From Callorhinchus milii (Eukaryota), in contig NW_024704743.1 of the NCBI RefSeq assembly GCF_018977255.1, forward strand, positions 47,680,001 to 47,744,000: 64,000 nt of DNA. Reading direction: 5' to 3'. The notes under the pieces are model-generated. The model did no database searches. It was given only the letters and a program-made list of their open reading frames with translations, and was not told where the DNA came from. Made by a program: the position numbers and the translations under genes. Each line of letters begins with the position of its first letter. The stretch's first letter is position 1. Shown in pieces: positions 39,931-52,460 of the stretch.

Positions 39931-42268
39931 CCGACTCTGCTTCACCAAAATACAGTAAGAATTGCAAAGTTACAATGCTACCATCAAGGACATACTTCCA
40001 GCATATGCACCTAGCATGTTTCTCTAATTATGCAACAGATTTAAGTTCTCTCTGTGCAGGAGAAAGTGCATTCTAAGCGTCTGTATCCATTAAAGACCCA
40101 CCTAGTAAGTTATTGGAAATCTGCATAACATACATTCATTACTAAGCTGCATTGGGAGAGTCCTTGGGCATGTTAGATGCTCATTATGCCCGTCGCCTAG
40201 AAAGACTAAAATGGAAAGGATGGGGAAGAATAATAAAAGAGAAGGGATGAAATAATGTGGTGTCAAGTTTTGTATAGTTATTTTGGTATCCATTTTATAC
40301 AATGAATTAATGTATCATATATTAATATATGTATGAAATCTGACTAAACCCTTGCATAAATTCATAAGACTACTTTGCAGGAAACCAAGAACGAAACTCA
40401 AATTTTAATTAATAAACGCTGAGCTGAATACAGCTTTTAGTATTTCAAACACATTCCTTTCAGTAAAGGAATACAAGTTTTAACTGCAGAAAGTTTATTC
40501 TGCTTTTTGCATATTATTCCACTTATTAAAAAAAATACATTTTGTATTTAGAGCACAACCTTTCAGTCCAGTGTGATTATTGTTTCCTTTGTAAAACTGA
40601 TATAGAAAGAAAGTGGAGAGGAACCAATTTTAATTAAGTTTACCTTTTACCTCATTCAAATGATTTGTGCTTGTGGACTTGCAAGAAATTGTGCTTAACT
40701 TTGTCTAAAACTTTGAAATCTCAAAACAGAAACTACTTTAATAGATTTTATTTTTTAACAAACAGCATTATCCATTATCCCTTTTCTACCCCAAAATTAA
40801 ACTATCTTAACAATTTATTAGTTACCCAATGCTCTGTCTTCAAATGTGCTGTGATATTAACCCATATTAACCTGAAAGTATCCAATTCAGTTGCAGGGCT
40901 GAGGTTACAGATTGAAGCTTCAGGGGCAATCAAATGACTTCTTTGATCATGCACTCGGGAGAAATTGACCTCTAGTTGTTATTAAGTGGCACAGCAGGGA
41001 GTGAGTGTGGGGGGGATGTTGGTGAAGAGGTGTGGTGGTATTGGTTGAGATGGTGGAATAATCTGTCCAAGTTCGGATTTGGACAATGGTTTGTGGAACC
41101 TTTCCCCAAGAGTTCACTAACTTCAGGGGAGGAGGTTAAGGGGAAAATGTTGGAAGGAAGAACAGTTTATGTTGACTATCTGTTTTGTTGTGACCAGTGT
41201 AGGGTTGCTAAGAAACTGCCTCAGCTTGAGTCACCTCTTTCAGATGGAGGAATACTCCAGGAGCATATATTAACAAGCCTCACCTCATACTCCAAAGTAC
41301 AGGATCAGGTAGAGTTTCTTACTTGTTCTTATATCAGTGGCTCTAAGCATTGTTTAGGAAATTACTTAATGAATGCTAGTAAGTCACAAGGCTGGATCCC
41401 TAGACTTGTTGAAACTCTGAGCTTGGCAAACTTGACCTTGAATGCCACAGTTAAGATAGTCTCTTATCACCAGACTCCTTCAATTCAGCTCAGGTCACGA
41501 GAGAGCAATGGGGAATGCATTTTCCCCTTCTGAGTTCAGGGACACTGACATCAAATATAGCCCTCCTTCCCCTTGCACCTGATCAGCTAACTACACCGAC
41601 CCGAGAGAGCCACTAACAGTCAGCAAGGAAAGAAAAACATTTTGGGAATTTATACTTGGGAACACAATGTGAAAGGCTGGAATCTCATCACAGGGCATTA
41701 CTCCTGGAATGTTCTTAATCAAGAATTTAGATTTCGTCTGATTGTAATTAATATGTTTTTTTATTAGACTTCAGGGCACTCTACAGGTTTCTAGGAAATA
41801 TTGAATATTCAAATTTAGAAACTCGTGTGCTGTGAACTGTTAGGATTCACATTGTGGCAGGTTGAGCTTTGGCGTGTAATATGATCTGTACTCCTTTTAG
41901 CCATTGATTGAAATGAATAATCCTGTAAATTTCATGTAATTGTAATCACTGAGCGATCTGATAACTCCACGTCCAGTCACTTGCTTGGTCTCTTTAGTTT
42001 TTCAATACCGTAGACTTGTCTTTAGTATAATTCAACCCTGTGTGCTGTTCCTGACCCTTAACTCTTGAATATTCCAGTCACACATTCCCCTTTGTTAAGG
42101 TTCTGCAAAGCTAATTTGTGATATTCAGATTGCAAACCTCAGACTGCCAAATTTGCAGATCTGAAATTGTCAAAGTCAGGAAAAGGCTAGTGAGCATTTT
42201 CTATTCATTGATTGTATCCATTGGGGCCTAGGTGGCATACCTGGCAAGGTAGAATGCAGCTCAGTCAA

Positions 42269-42732
42269 TTCCCTCATGGATCTAAAAACAAAAGCAGAAG
42301 TGGCTGGGAACACTCAGCAGGTTAGGCAGCATCTTTGGAGAAAGAAAAGTGAGTCAAAGTTTTGGGTGCACGACCCTTCATCAGAGCTGTTGGGAGGGAG
42401 AGGCTTTTAAGGGCTAACAGAGAGGGGGGAGGCAGGACAAGGAAGACAATGGAGAAAATGGGGTAAAGGACAGGGGGTGATGAGTTAAAGAGATGTTAAT
42501 GATGCAAAACAAAGGGGGGATGTCTTCCTTGTCCTGCCTCCCCCCTCTCTGTTAGCCCTTAAAAGCCTCTCCCTCCCAACATGCCCCAGTTCTGAAGAAG
42601 GATTGTCGACCCGAAACTTTCCTTTCTCCATAGATGCTGCCTGATCTGCTGAGTGTTCCCAGCGACTTCTGTTTTTGTTTTCAGATTTCCAGCATCTGCA
42701 GTATTTTGTGTTTTGTTTCCCTCATGGATCTA
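42269..42732. mobile_element. Palindromic Penelope-like (PLE) terminal-repeat insertion with 16 bp TSD
   Basis: Identical TTCCCTCATGGATCTA at 42269-42284 and 42717-42732. Inverted arms of about 165 bp, each with a CTGANGA...(G/A)AAAC hammerhead-like core. Confidence 0.75.
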
Positions 42733-43939
42733 GTTGAACGATCTGGAGAAAATATTTTGGTACTTTAGGATTGAACCGATTTGAGTCTGGCCTTTGAGTC
42801 TGGTTTTAAATATACATAGAATCACCAGACGCCAGGCTCCTCATTGTACAATATCAAGATATTCACCTGGGACCATGTGCTTCTAAGTAGGTTTAAATCC
42901 GTGACATCTAAGGACAATCAGTTTTCACTGATAAATAAATACCTGTCAGGGTTTGGTGAAAGGTAATATTTGAAAAACAATTTTCAACTGAATTTCGCTA
43001 TTTAAACAAAATCCCTTTTTTTGGTGTCTATTGTTGTGTGAACATCCCCAAACTCTCCTTACTGGCCTATTGATCCAGGAATGCCCGTGTATATCTATGG
43101 GTTTGCCAGTTCTGTAAATATATACGCATCATGTATGGGCTGGTAAGCAGAAATTCACAAATATAACGCACCCTTGATTTTCCTCTTTTTGACAGAAACA
43201 AAGAATCCGGGTTTTTATTTAGTGAATTAAAAACTGTCTTTAATAGTCCTTAGTGACATCTCACCTACTGTGGTTGTGAGTCGGGGAGAGCATGCTCCTC
43301 TGCCTCCCCTAGGGGTAATTTCAACTAGTAATAAGCTAGTTAAAGATACAAGATTTTCCACAAGATTGGAAATAGACTGTAAATAAGTTGATTTAAGTAA
43401 CTACAGTAATATAAAAATAAAGCTAGCAGAGCCAGGGCCAATGAATGGAATTATGTAACAAAAACTTATCAAAAGTCATGGTTTCAAGCTTGTCTGCAGA
43501 ATGGACATTTATTCATTTAGACGGATGGACAGTGGATGAGGAGTTTATGTTTTCTTATCATGCCACGTTTATTACAATTCTGTATGCTGTGTTAAAATGC
43601 ATTGTACACATGTTGTTGCCTTATGATTTATATGAGCTAATTTTCAATAAAAGTTTATAATTAAAATAAATCTGCATCAAGCTGCAAATTCCTTATTGCT
43701 AAGATCAGAAAGTACAAATCGGGAGGAGATTTGTTTTCCCACAAAACACACAAGGAATTATAAAGGCCAGGAAATGAAAGGTGTACTAAAGGAGTACTAT
43801 CTATGGCTATTTTCACATACTTTGGAAGTCAGTTAGGGCCACATTTGAGATAATTATGGATGTAGTAAGTCAAGAGTTTTAATGAAAAATGAATAACAAA
43901 AAGAATGAGGATTTTGGACAAGATAATAATTTAATAATA

Positions 43940-44041
43940 CAGGGTGACCAAAAAGTCGTGTTATCTAGCCCATTATCTAAAAAAAAATTTCTTTAAGACT
44001 TATTAGACATTGTAATGGTATCACGACGTTTGGTCACCATG
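43940..44041. mobile_element. 102 bp Tc1/mariner-type MITE with TA target duplication
   Basis: TA|CAGGGTGACCAAAAAGTCGTG ... CACGACGTTTGGTCACCATG|TA. Confidence 0.8.
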
Positions 44042-44043
44042 TA

Positions 44044-44238
44044 CATACATTTGATATAGCGCCTTTCACTCGAGGAGGCCATCCCAAAGCGCTTCACAGG
44101 ATATACTGTAAAGTGAATTGACTGTATTTTGTGGGAAAATGTGACAGCCAGTTTTGCGCACAGCAGCGTCGCACAAATAGCCATGAAGTGAATGACCGAT
44201 TTTATTTGGGGGATTGTTGGCCAGAACACCGGGAGAAC
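44044..44238 (-). mobile_element. SINE 3' half
   Basis: catttgatatagcgcctttcac...ttgcgcacagcagcg shared body. Confidence 0.8.
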
Positions 44239-44240
44239 AT

Positions 44241-45566
44241 CAACAAATGACATTTGTATAGCGCCTTTCACGTTGGGAAGATGTCCCAAGGCGCTGGACA
44301 GTCAGGGATTTGGACCCAGGCAGGCAGTTGGGATTGGGCGGGAGGGGGGCTGTGGCCCAAGGCGCGGTCGAAGTGGAAGGTCTTGAGATGTGCCTTGGAA
44401 GGAGTCAAGGGAAGGAGTAAAGCGAAGGGACTGGGTTGGAGTTCCAAAGGGTGGGGGAAGAGAGGCTGAAAGCCCGACTGCTGATGGTGGGGTGGGCCGG
44501 GCGGGGAACATAGAGCAGGCCGGAGCCTGCTGAGCAGAGGGAGCAGACAGGTTGATATGGGGTTAGCTGGTTGCAGAGGTAGGAAGGAGTAAGGCCGTGG
44601 AAGGCCTTGAAAGCGAGGACGAGGATTTTGAACTGTATCCTCTGGGAGATGGGGAGCCAGTGGAGCCAGGCGAGGGTGAGGGGGGGTGGGGATCTAGGGC
44701 CTGGTGCGAAAGATGACACGAGCTGCAGAGTTCCGGATGATCTGCAGGTTGTGCAGGGAAGATTTCCGAAGGCCGACAAGCAGAGAGTCGAACCTAGATG
44801 TGATAAATGCGTGGATGCGGGTTTCAGTGGGCTGAGGGGAGAGATAGTGGTGGAGATGGGCAACGTTGCGGAGGTGGGGGAAGGCAGAGCGGGTCATGGC
44901 ATGGATATGAGTTAGAAAGGAGAGTTGAGGGTCAAACAAGACACCAAGGTTCTGGACTGGCTTAGTAAGGTGGAGTGTGCAACCATGGATGGTGATGCTG
45001 TCAGCGCCTGAGGTGAGGAGGCGCTGATGGGAGCCAATCAGGAGAGCCTCAGACTTCACGTTCAACTGGAGAAAGTTAGTTCTCATCCAGGACTTGATGT
45101 CTGACAGACATTCTGTCCGGAGAGCAGTGGTCCTGGAGTCAAGGGTGGAGGCAGAGAGGTACAGTTGGGTGTCATCCGCATACATGTGGAAGTTGACCCC
45201 ATGTCTGTGGATGATATCACCAAGAGGGAGCACATAGATATTGAAGAGGAGGGGATGAAGGACAGAGCCCTGAGGATTGCCGCACGAGACGGTGTAGGGG
45301 CTAGAGGAGAAGCCGTTTGTGGAGACAGTGAAGACGGTGTGAGAGGTACGATCTGAACCAGTCAAGGACAGAACCATGAAGGTTGAGGTGAGAGAAGAGG
45401 CGGTGAAGGAGGATAGAGTGGTCGACGGTGTCGAAGGCAGCAGAGAGGTCAAGGAGGTTGAGGAGTCAGAGGGAGCCCTGGTCACAGATGGACAAAATGT
45501 CATTTGTCACTTTGACCAGGGCTGCTTCTGTGCTGTGGATGGTACGGAACCCGATTGGAGGGGTTT
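44241..45566 (-). mobile_element. L2 LINE, 3' 1.3 kb of ORF2 (frameshifted)
   Basis: [43 protein letters not shown] (reverse transcriptase core) through RIQFKILVLAFKAFHGL and the L2 tail. Confidence 0.95.
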
Positions 45567-46344
45567 GTAGAAACGTAGAAACTTCTTTTTGATCAGTGCC
45601 AAGGGATCTTCAACCTCCACCTGAACAGGCCTCAGGTTAATGCCCTTTGCAGACCTGCACATTTCATATATTGCTACTTAAATAGGGTTTGGAAGATGAA
45701 CCAGAACACTAATTTATTAACCAAACCTACTACAGGTGAAGTACTTTATTTGCTTTTTCCTTTCAAAATGGTCTCAGATTTAATAAACTAAAGAATGTGG
45801 GTTACACCTTTTGCATTGCCAATATTACATTACATTTTGACCATAATACTATTCAGACTGTTAAGACAGATAGTTGTCACCCTTAACAAAAAGCAGCTCC
45901 TCCAAATTGAAAAAAAAATGAAGACTATCTGATAAGCTAAATAAACTGAAAACTCTGCAGGTAACTGCACAGGAAATGCTTTCACAGACACATTAGGATA
46001 TCATACCACTGGAGAGTGACATATAACGGATCTTCAATTATAATATTTGAATATAATATAATTCTTTATCCCATCAAAACATCACAAAGCCTTTTGTTTA
46101 CTTTGAAGATTAGTGACTATTATTAAGGCAAACACAGCAAACAATGCACATCCCACAGATAGCAATACGATGAATGACCAATTAATGTTTTTGTGGTGAA
46201 TTTTGGTGAAGTCATAGAGCAGATAAGTGTGATTTATAAATTGGCTGCTATTTTCGGGACGTTATTTGGGAGCAATACATGGGATATAATTTATGGTCAT
46301 CCCCAGAGAACAAAGCGATCAATGAATTGTATGCCTTGCAAACC

Positions 46345-46573
46345 TCTTTGACCGAGCCTTCAGCTCCCCTCCCGACTCTCTTCCCCCTTCTCGCTCCCTC
46401 CCATCCCTCCCCTCACCCTGACCATTTCCCCCCTCCTCGCACCCTCCCCTCCCCTCACCCTGACCATTTCCCCCCTGCTCGGGTCATGACCCAACTGTGC
46501 AGCGCCTTGGGACGTCCTCCTGACGTGAAAGGCGCTTTATAAATGGAATCTTGTTGTTGTTGTTGTTGTTGTT
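46345..46573 (+). mobile_element. L2 3' UTR and tail with an internal ~39 bp tandem duplication
   Basis: cagcgccttgggacgtcctcctgacgtgaaaggcgctttataaatggaatc followed by (TTG)n. Confidence 0.85.
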
Positions 46574-47255
46574 GCAAACACACAGGACTTTGAGGTGGTT
46601 TACCAAGTTAATGGACAATTGATGTTAGATTTCGAAAAGTGGTTAACAGGGTACCACACAGAAGACTTTTAATGAAGGTAATGAGTGGAATAAAAGGGGA
46701 AATAGATATTTGGATTGGTAATTGGCTCCGCAATCGAAAACAGTGAACATGGATTAATGGATGAGCTCAGTGGGGAGCAGTGACCAGTTGTGTTCCACAG
46801 GGATCTAATAATTGGTTTTCCATTCAATGTTTTCATTAATTGTCTGGAAAGACGATAAGCAGCATTGGTACAATTTCAGAACACACAAAAATGTGGAAAG
46901 ATAATATTTTAATATATATATATTTGGCAAGTAAATAGCAATGCTAAAGATTCATTTTAAATGACATTAATGTGAACATTTACATGATATTAATAAACAT
47001 GATTGCACTGAGGATACATTGTGTATCCTTTCTTTTCAACTATGCCTTTGGTCACCTTCCTCCCCCTCCCCCTGGCTCAGTCCCGGAATCCGTTACTGTG
47101 AAGCACTCTGAGACGCCGTCTGGCGTGGAGGGCGCTATATAAATCCAAGTTGTTGGGGTTGTTGTGTATAGATGAAATGGGACAGTTAATTGATCTGGAA
47201 GTGATTATTGACAGATCTTTGAAAATATACACACAATGTGAGATTATGATGGTAA

Positions 47256-49052
47256 ATGTAGGTCCACTTCAGTCAGAACGAGAGAAGTTGTAATGGGGGA
47301 CAAGGACATGGCAGAGTCCCTAAATGGGTACTTTGCATCTGTCTTCACCCTAGAAGACACAACAGGGCTGCCAAGAATAGAAAAGCACCAAAGGGATAAG
47401 GACAGGGAGCAACTTAGGGAAATTTTCATTAGTAGAGAATTGGTGTTAGGGAAACTGTTAGCACTAAAAAGTGACAAATCCCCTGGTCCGGATGGCTTGC
47501 ATCCCAAGGTTTTAAAAGACGTAACTTATGAGATAGTGGAGGCCTTGTGTCCGATCTTCCAAAATTTCTTGGATTCTGGAACAGTCCCCATGGATTGGAA
47601 GATCGCAAATGTCACACCACTATTTAAAAAAGGTGGAAAGGAAAAGATGGGGAACTATAGGCCAGTTAGTCTCACATCAGTGATAGGAAAAATTTTAGAA
47701 TCATTGATTAAGGATGTGGTAGTGCGGTATTTAGGGAGCACAATATAATTAGGCCAAGTCAACATGGCTTTACAAAAGGGAAGTCATGTTTGACAAATCT
47801 CATAGAGTTTTTTGAGGACATTTCCAGTAAACTAGATAAGGGTGAATCAGTGGATGTGGTCTATTTGGACTTCCAGAAGGCATTCGATAAGGTGCTGCAT
47901 AAAAGGTTAGTCCAAAAGATAAGGGCCCATGGAATTGGGGGGAGCATATTAACGTGGATTGGGGAATGGTTAACGGGTAGGAAACAAAGAGTAGGGATAA
48001 ACGGGTCCTTTTCAGATTGGCGGGATGTGACTAGTGGAGTGCCACAAGGATCAGTCCTTGGGCCTCAGCTATTTACCATCTACATCAACGATCTAGATGA
48101 GGACATCGAAGTTAATATATCTAAATTCGCGGATGACACAAAACTAGGAGGAAGTGTCAACACAGAGGACGACATTAAAAAAATGCAGCGAGACATAGAT
48201 AGGTTAGGTGATTGGGCAGGTAGGTGGCAGATGAAGTATAATGTAGGGAAGTGCGAAGTCATCCACCTAGGTAGCAAAAACAGTAGAGCGGGTTATCTTT
48301 TAGAAGGGGAGAGATTGGAATGTGTTAGTGTCCAGAGGGACTTGGGTGTCCTTGTACACCAATCACAGAAAGTTAGTCTGCAGGTACAGCAGCAATTAGG
48401 AAGGTGAACGGTATGTTAGCATTCATTATGAAAGGATTAGAGTATAAGAGTAGGGAAGTCTTGCTGCAACTGTATAGGGCCCTGGTGAGACCACACCTGG
48501 AATACTGTGTCCAGTTTTGGTCTCCTCATTTAAGGAAGGATGTACTTGCCTTGGAGTGGGTGCAGCGTAGATTTACTGGGTAAGTACCAGGGATGAAGGG
48601 GTTGAGTTACGAGGATAGGCTGACCAATTTGGGCCTATATTCTCTAGAATATAGAAGAATTAGAGGGGATCTTATAGAAACCTATAAGATCATCAAAGGG
48701 CATGATAGAGTAGATAGTGGGAGATTGTTTCCCCTGGTTGGAGAAACTAAAACCAGGGATCACAACCTTAAAATCAGAGGCCAACCCTTTCGCACTGAGT
48801 TGAGGACGAACTTCTTCACTCAAATGGTGGTGAATGTATGGAACTCACTACCCCAAAGGGCTGTTGACACTCAGTCCTTAAACATATTCAAGACCGAGAT
48901 AGATAGATTTCTTATTGCAAAAGGGATTAAGGGATATGGGGGTAAGGCAGGGTTAGGTTATTAGCTGGAGTTAGATTAGAAGATCAGCCATGATTGAATG
49001 GCGGGGCAGACTCGAAGGGCCAAATGGCCTACTCCTGCTCCTACATGTTATG
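47256..49052 (+). mobile_element. Young CR1 LINE, 5'-truncated ORF2 (reverse transcriptase) and 3' UTR, with frameshifts and a stop
   Basis: [51 protein letters not shown] and RRIRGDLIETYKI motifs. Tail tggcctactcctgctcctacatgttatgt. Confidence 0.97.
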
Positions 49053-49074
49053 TAGGAGTTGAGTTCAAGTTGAG

Positions 49075-49355
49075 TACCTGAGTTCAATTCCAGGCAGGGC
49101 GAAACCTTGGGCAAGTTTCCTTACTCCACACAGAGCCTAATAATAATCCCTCCAAAAAACCAAAAACAATAATTAAATTGGTCATTTTCAATCTACGACT
49201 GTTTGTGGGACATTGCTGTGCGCAATTGGCTGCCGCGTTCGCCCACAAATATACAGTCAATTCACTTTACAGTGTGTTCTGTGAAGCGCTTTGGGACGTC
49301 CTCCCGACGTGAAAAGCGCTATATCAAATGCAAGGATTATTATTATTATTATTAT
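49075..49355 (+). mobile_element. Young SINE, short subfamily (head partly truncated)
   Basis: Nearly identical to the reverse complement of 15983-16200. Confidence 0.9.
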
Positions 49356-49939
49356 GTTATGATTCATAAGGAAAATCCAGCATTAAGTTGCTTGAACATG
49401 TTGCTCTGTAAGTTATTTAAATTCGCAAGCTCATTAGTAAGACCACACTTGGAATATTGTATCTGTTCTTGTTATGTACATTCCAAAAGGTCACTGATGC
49501 CTTTGTACTTGAAAGAGCAAGAAAGAAGATTTGGAGGAGTAATTTATTTGGGTAGACTCAAAAAACTCAAATTCTACAATTTATAAAGAAGATCGAAGAG
49601 TTCATTTCAAATTTACACCTGTAGATTTTGAAGTTTGAATTTCTTGTCTAAGAGAATCTAATCATTTTATTTGGATGGTGGAATGTAATCGTTTACTTGG
49701 AGTGCAGGAGTTAAAACTGCAAAGAAAAGCTGAGGTTAAAGCACTTCTTCAAAGAGTGCGACAGTCTGTCACCCAACGCAGTCATTGCCTCCCAGTTGGG
49801 CCCATCAGCTTCATATCCCTGTGACCTTCTACCCCACTCTCCTGCTCACCCCTCTCTACTCTGCTTACTCAGGCCTGCTGCACGTCCCCTGTACCCTCCA
49901 CGCCACCAGTGGTGCCTGGTTTACAACATACCAGCAAAG

Positions 49940-52460
49940 GCAGGTTGTGCCTGATGTGTGAGCCCTGAAATTATCTTGAAGATAAAACCTCTCCATAAAT
50001 CCCTGATTTTCTCCAATCCACATACAGAGATCAAAACTATCCCTCCCAGTACATTTATATTTCATTATGGGAATATTCCTATGTCCCAATATCCAATACA
50101 CTACTCTGACATGGCTCTAAAATAATTTTTTGGTTTCAAATTTAGAGAAATTGGGTTCTGTGGTTATTAATACATAATAGTGTTATTAATTCCCTCTTCA
50201 ATTGGTAATCATTTGAGCTCATTTGCCCCATCCCTATTACTGATTCCATATCAACTTCATTCTACATATTACTGGAAGTTTTAGGTTGCTCTTGACAATG
50301 ACAGAAGCCCTTTATATCTTCACAAAGTACTTAATAGAACAACATGGGTAATTAACAAGACACAATTAATTCAAGATGAAACATTCGTTTTAATAGTGCT
50401 ATTAGCATTTGCCTCCATGATCAAAAGTCATCCTGTATGCTTGTCACCACATGCATCAAATTAAATTCCACTATATATGTAATTGTTTTGGTAGGTCAGT
50501 GATCTTTAAATATGTTATTCCCTTTAAGGATCATCTGAAGGAGAAATCAGAATAACTTGTCAAGACGAAGGGAAGTGGGAAAGCCACACATTTTTCGGAT
50601 AATTGCAGTTCCTCAGATGTGTTGATAGAGCACTACAATCTTCCGTGTGCGGTGCATCAATTCTGGTACTGTCATTTCCAGTCTTCTGCTATATTACAGC
50701 CTTAGTGGTGAGAGAGATGGGCCATTCCTTTCCACACTCCAGGGATCCTTCCCAGGTTTCTGCAAAACTATAGTCAGCACCATGTTAAGTGTTTTCATTA
50801 AACCCACATTTAGTAATGACTCATTAAATATTATGAACAGTAAAGGACTATTTAACATCTTTTATAGAATGCCCCCTGTGTAGCCAGCAAGTCAAGTGAT
50901 CTCACAGAGAAACTTTAACTGCTTCTACTTTCTTTGTAATAGGGGCAATCCAGTTTTGCCTTTTAAGAGGAAAGAACACGAGAGTGCAGTTTCTCAAACA
51001 ATAAGTGCAGCCCCCTTTTATTCACATTACAGCTCCACCTCCTTTAAGCAAAAATAACCCAACCTGCATCCCTCCCAATAAATTAATATTTCATTATATA
51101 AATATTCTCATAATGCTTCTATTTCCAAACTTCAGAACTCCACCTCAGACGAGTAGTACAGAATGGACCAACTATTTGAACACAGGGGCTGCTGGACTGT
51201 TATATTTATCCCATTAAGTGTTCCAGGAGATGGAAGTCTGGGAGAAAAATGCTTTAATTGGTGACCGTTTTCTAAAAAAAATCTCCTTTCCACTTTGTCT
51301 CCCAATTTATTTTCTACTCAATTAAGAATATAACTAAAATAAAAATGATCTTTTGTCCTGCACAAGCTCCGGTGGAACAAATGAACTTTCCTCCAATGGG
51401 CTATGTTCATTTTGTCTATCCCAACCCATTTAAATCCCTGATGGAGTTAAACAGCCAGAATTAGACGCGAAAGAAAACCGTGAAATGGTTCTGACCTTAT
51501 TTCATCTTTAAAACTTGGAATGCCAACCAAGTTACATTTTGGAATCAGATGAGCTGCAGCTAAATATAACCAGGATCCTTTTAACAGGTGAAAGTATTTG
51601 CATGCGCTCTCACTCACTTTCACAGGTAAATAATGTTAAACCACTGGAATCAATACATGGTGACAAGCAACTACTCAACTTCATTGAAGATTCCTTGAAT
51701 TCTATCTCATCAGATAATACAAAATTATTTCAATTTCCAGGAACTTGTTCCATTTTGAAACCCTGTTTTACTTGGTCCACTTTAGTCTTTGTAATAGCTG
51801 GTTTGTTGTCATTATCACATGCAGTGCAGTGTAGTCTCTTCTGCACTGATTGTGAACAGCAAGCAATGTCCCTATGAAACTCCAGCTTCTCTCCCATTCA
51901 GACTTATGTATTTATTATTGTCTTCGTTTGCCAAGCTATTTTTCAAAGCAACTGATCTACATCTTTGGTCCCTCTAAGAACCTTAGATGTGGATGCCTTC
52001 TGAGAATTCGTATAAATTATCTTTCTGACCAAGATGTCCCTTAATTACTAATTTAGACACGTTCTCAAATTTCAAATAGATTTACGAGGGATGGATGACC
52101 CATTGCTTGCGAATCTATTTTGGCTACTCTGATTCCCTTATGTTGTTTATGGGCACACTGATAGCATCCTGTGAAATCTACCAGAAAATTCTCCCTACCA
52201 TGAATAGTCATCTATAATTCTCCAATTCATTTTGGGAATTTTGGACTAATATTTTCTGTCCTCCGATCTTTAGGTTTCAGTCCCCATGTATTTCCTTACT
52301 AGAAATATCCCATCTGCTCTGTATGTTCGCCATATATACATTTATTGGTTTGAGTTTTCACAACATCACATTTCACTGACTTGCTTTACAGACTTTTGGA
52401 CCAATTCTAACTGAATCTAAATTTGTTCAGGCTTGACTTTGATTTTTTGTTGTAAATTAA
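49940..52460 (-). mobile_element. Scattered, highly degraded CR1-like ORF2 remnants
   Basis: Weak motif remnants only. Boundaries are uncertain. Confidence 0.3.

Larger units (their letters stand above)
46600..49600 (+). mobile_element. Old CR1 remnant hosting younger insertions (L2 tail about 47025-47165, young CR1, SINE)
   Basis: Colinear degraded motifs VPHRRL/WIGNWL/VPQGS (46650-46810), DL-VIID (47190-47240) and LVRPHLEYC (49435-49460). Confidence 0.55.

Noticed and set aside
40976..41533. 185 aa ORF downstream of JAZF1
   Set aside because: Non-ATG start and no recognisable domain. It overlaps what look like degraded L2 (opposite strand) and SINE remnants.
47293..48964. Intact reverse transcriptase gene or novel RT system
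   Set aside because: It is a 5'-truncated CR1 ORF2 broken into several frames with a stop, i.e. an ordinary dead LINE copy.
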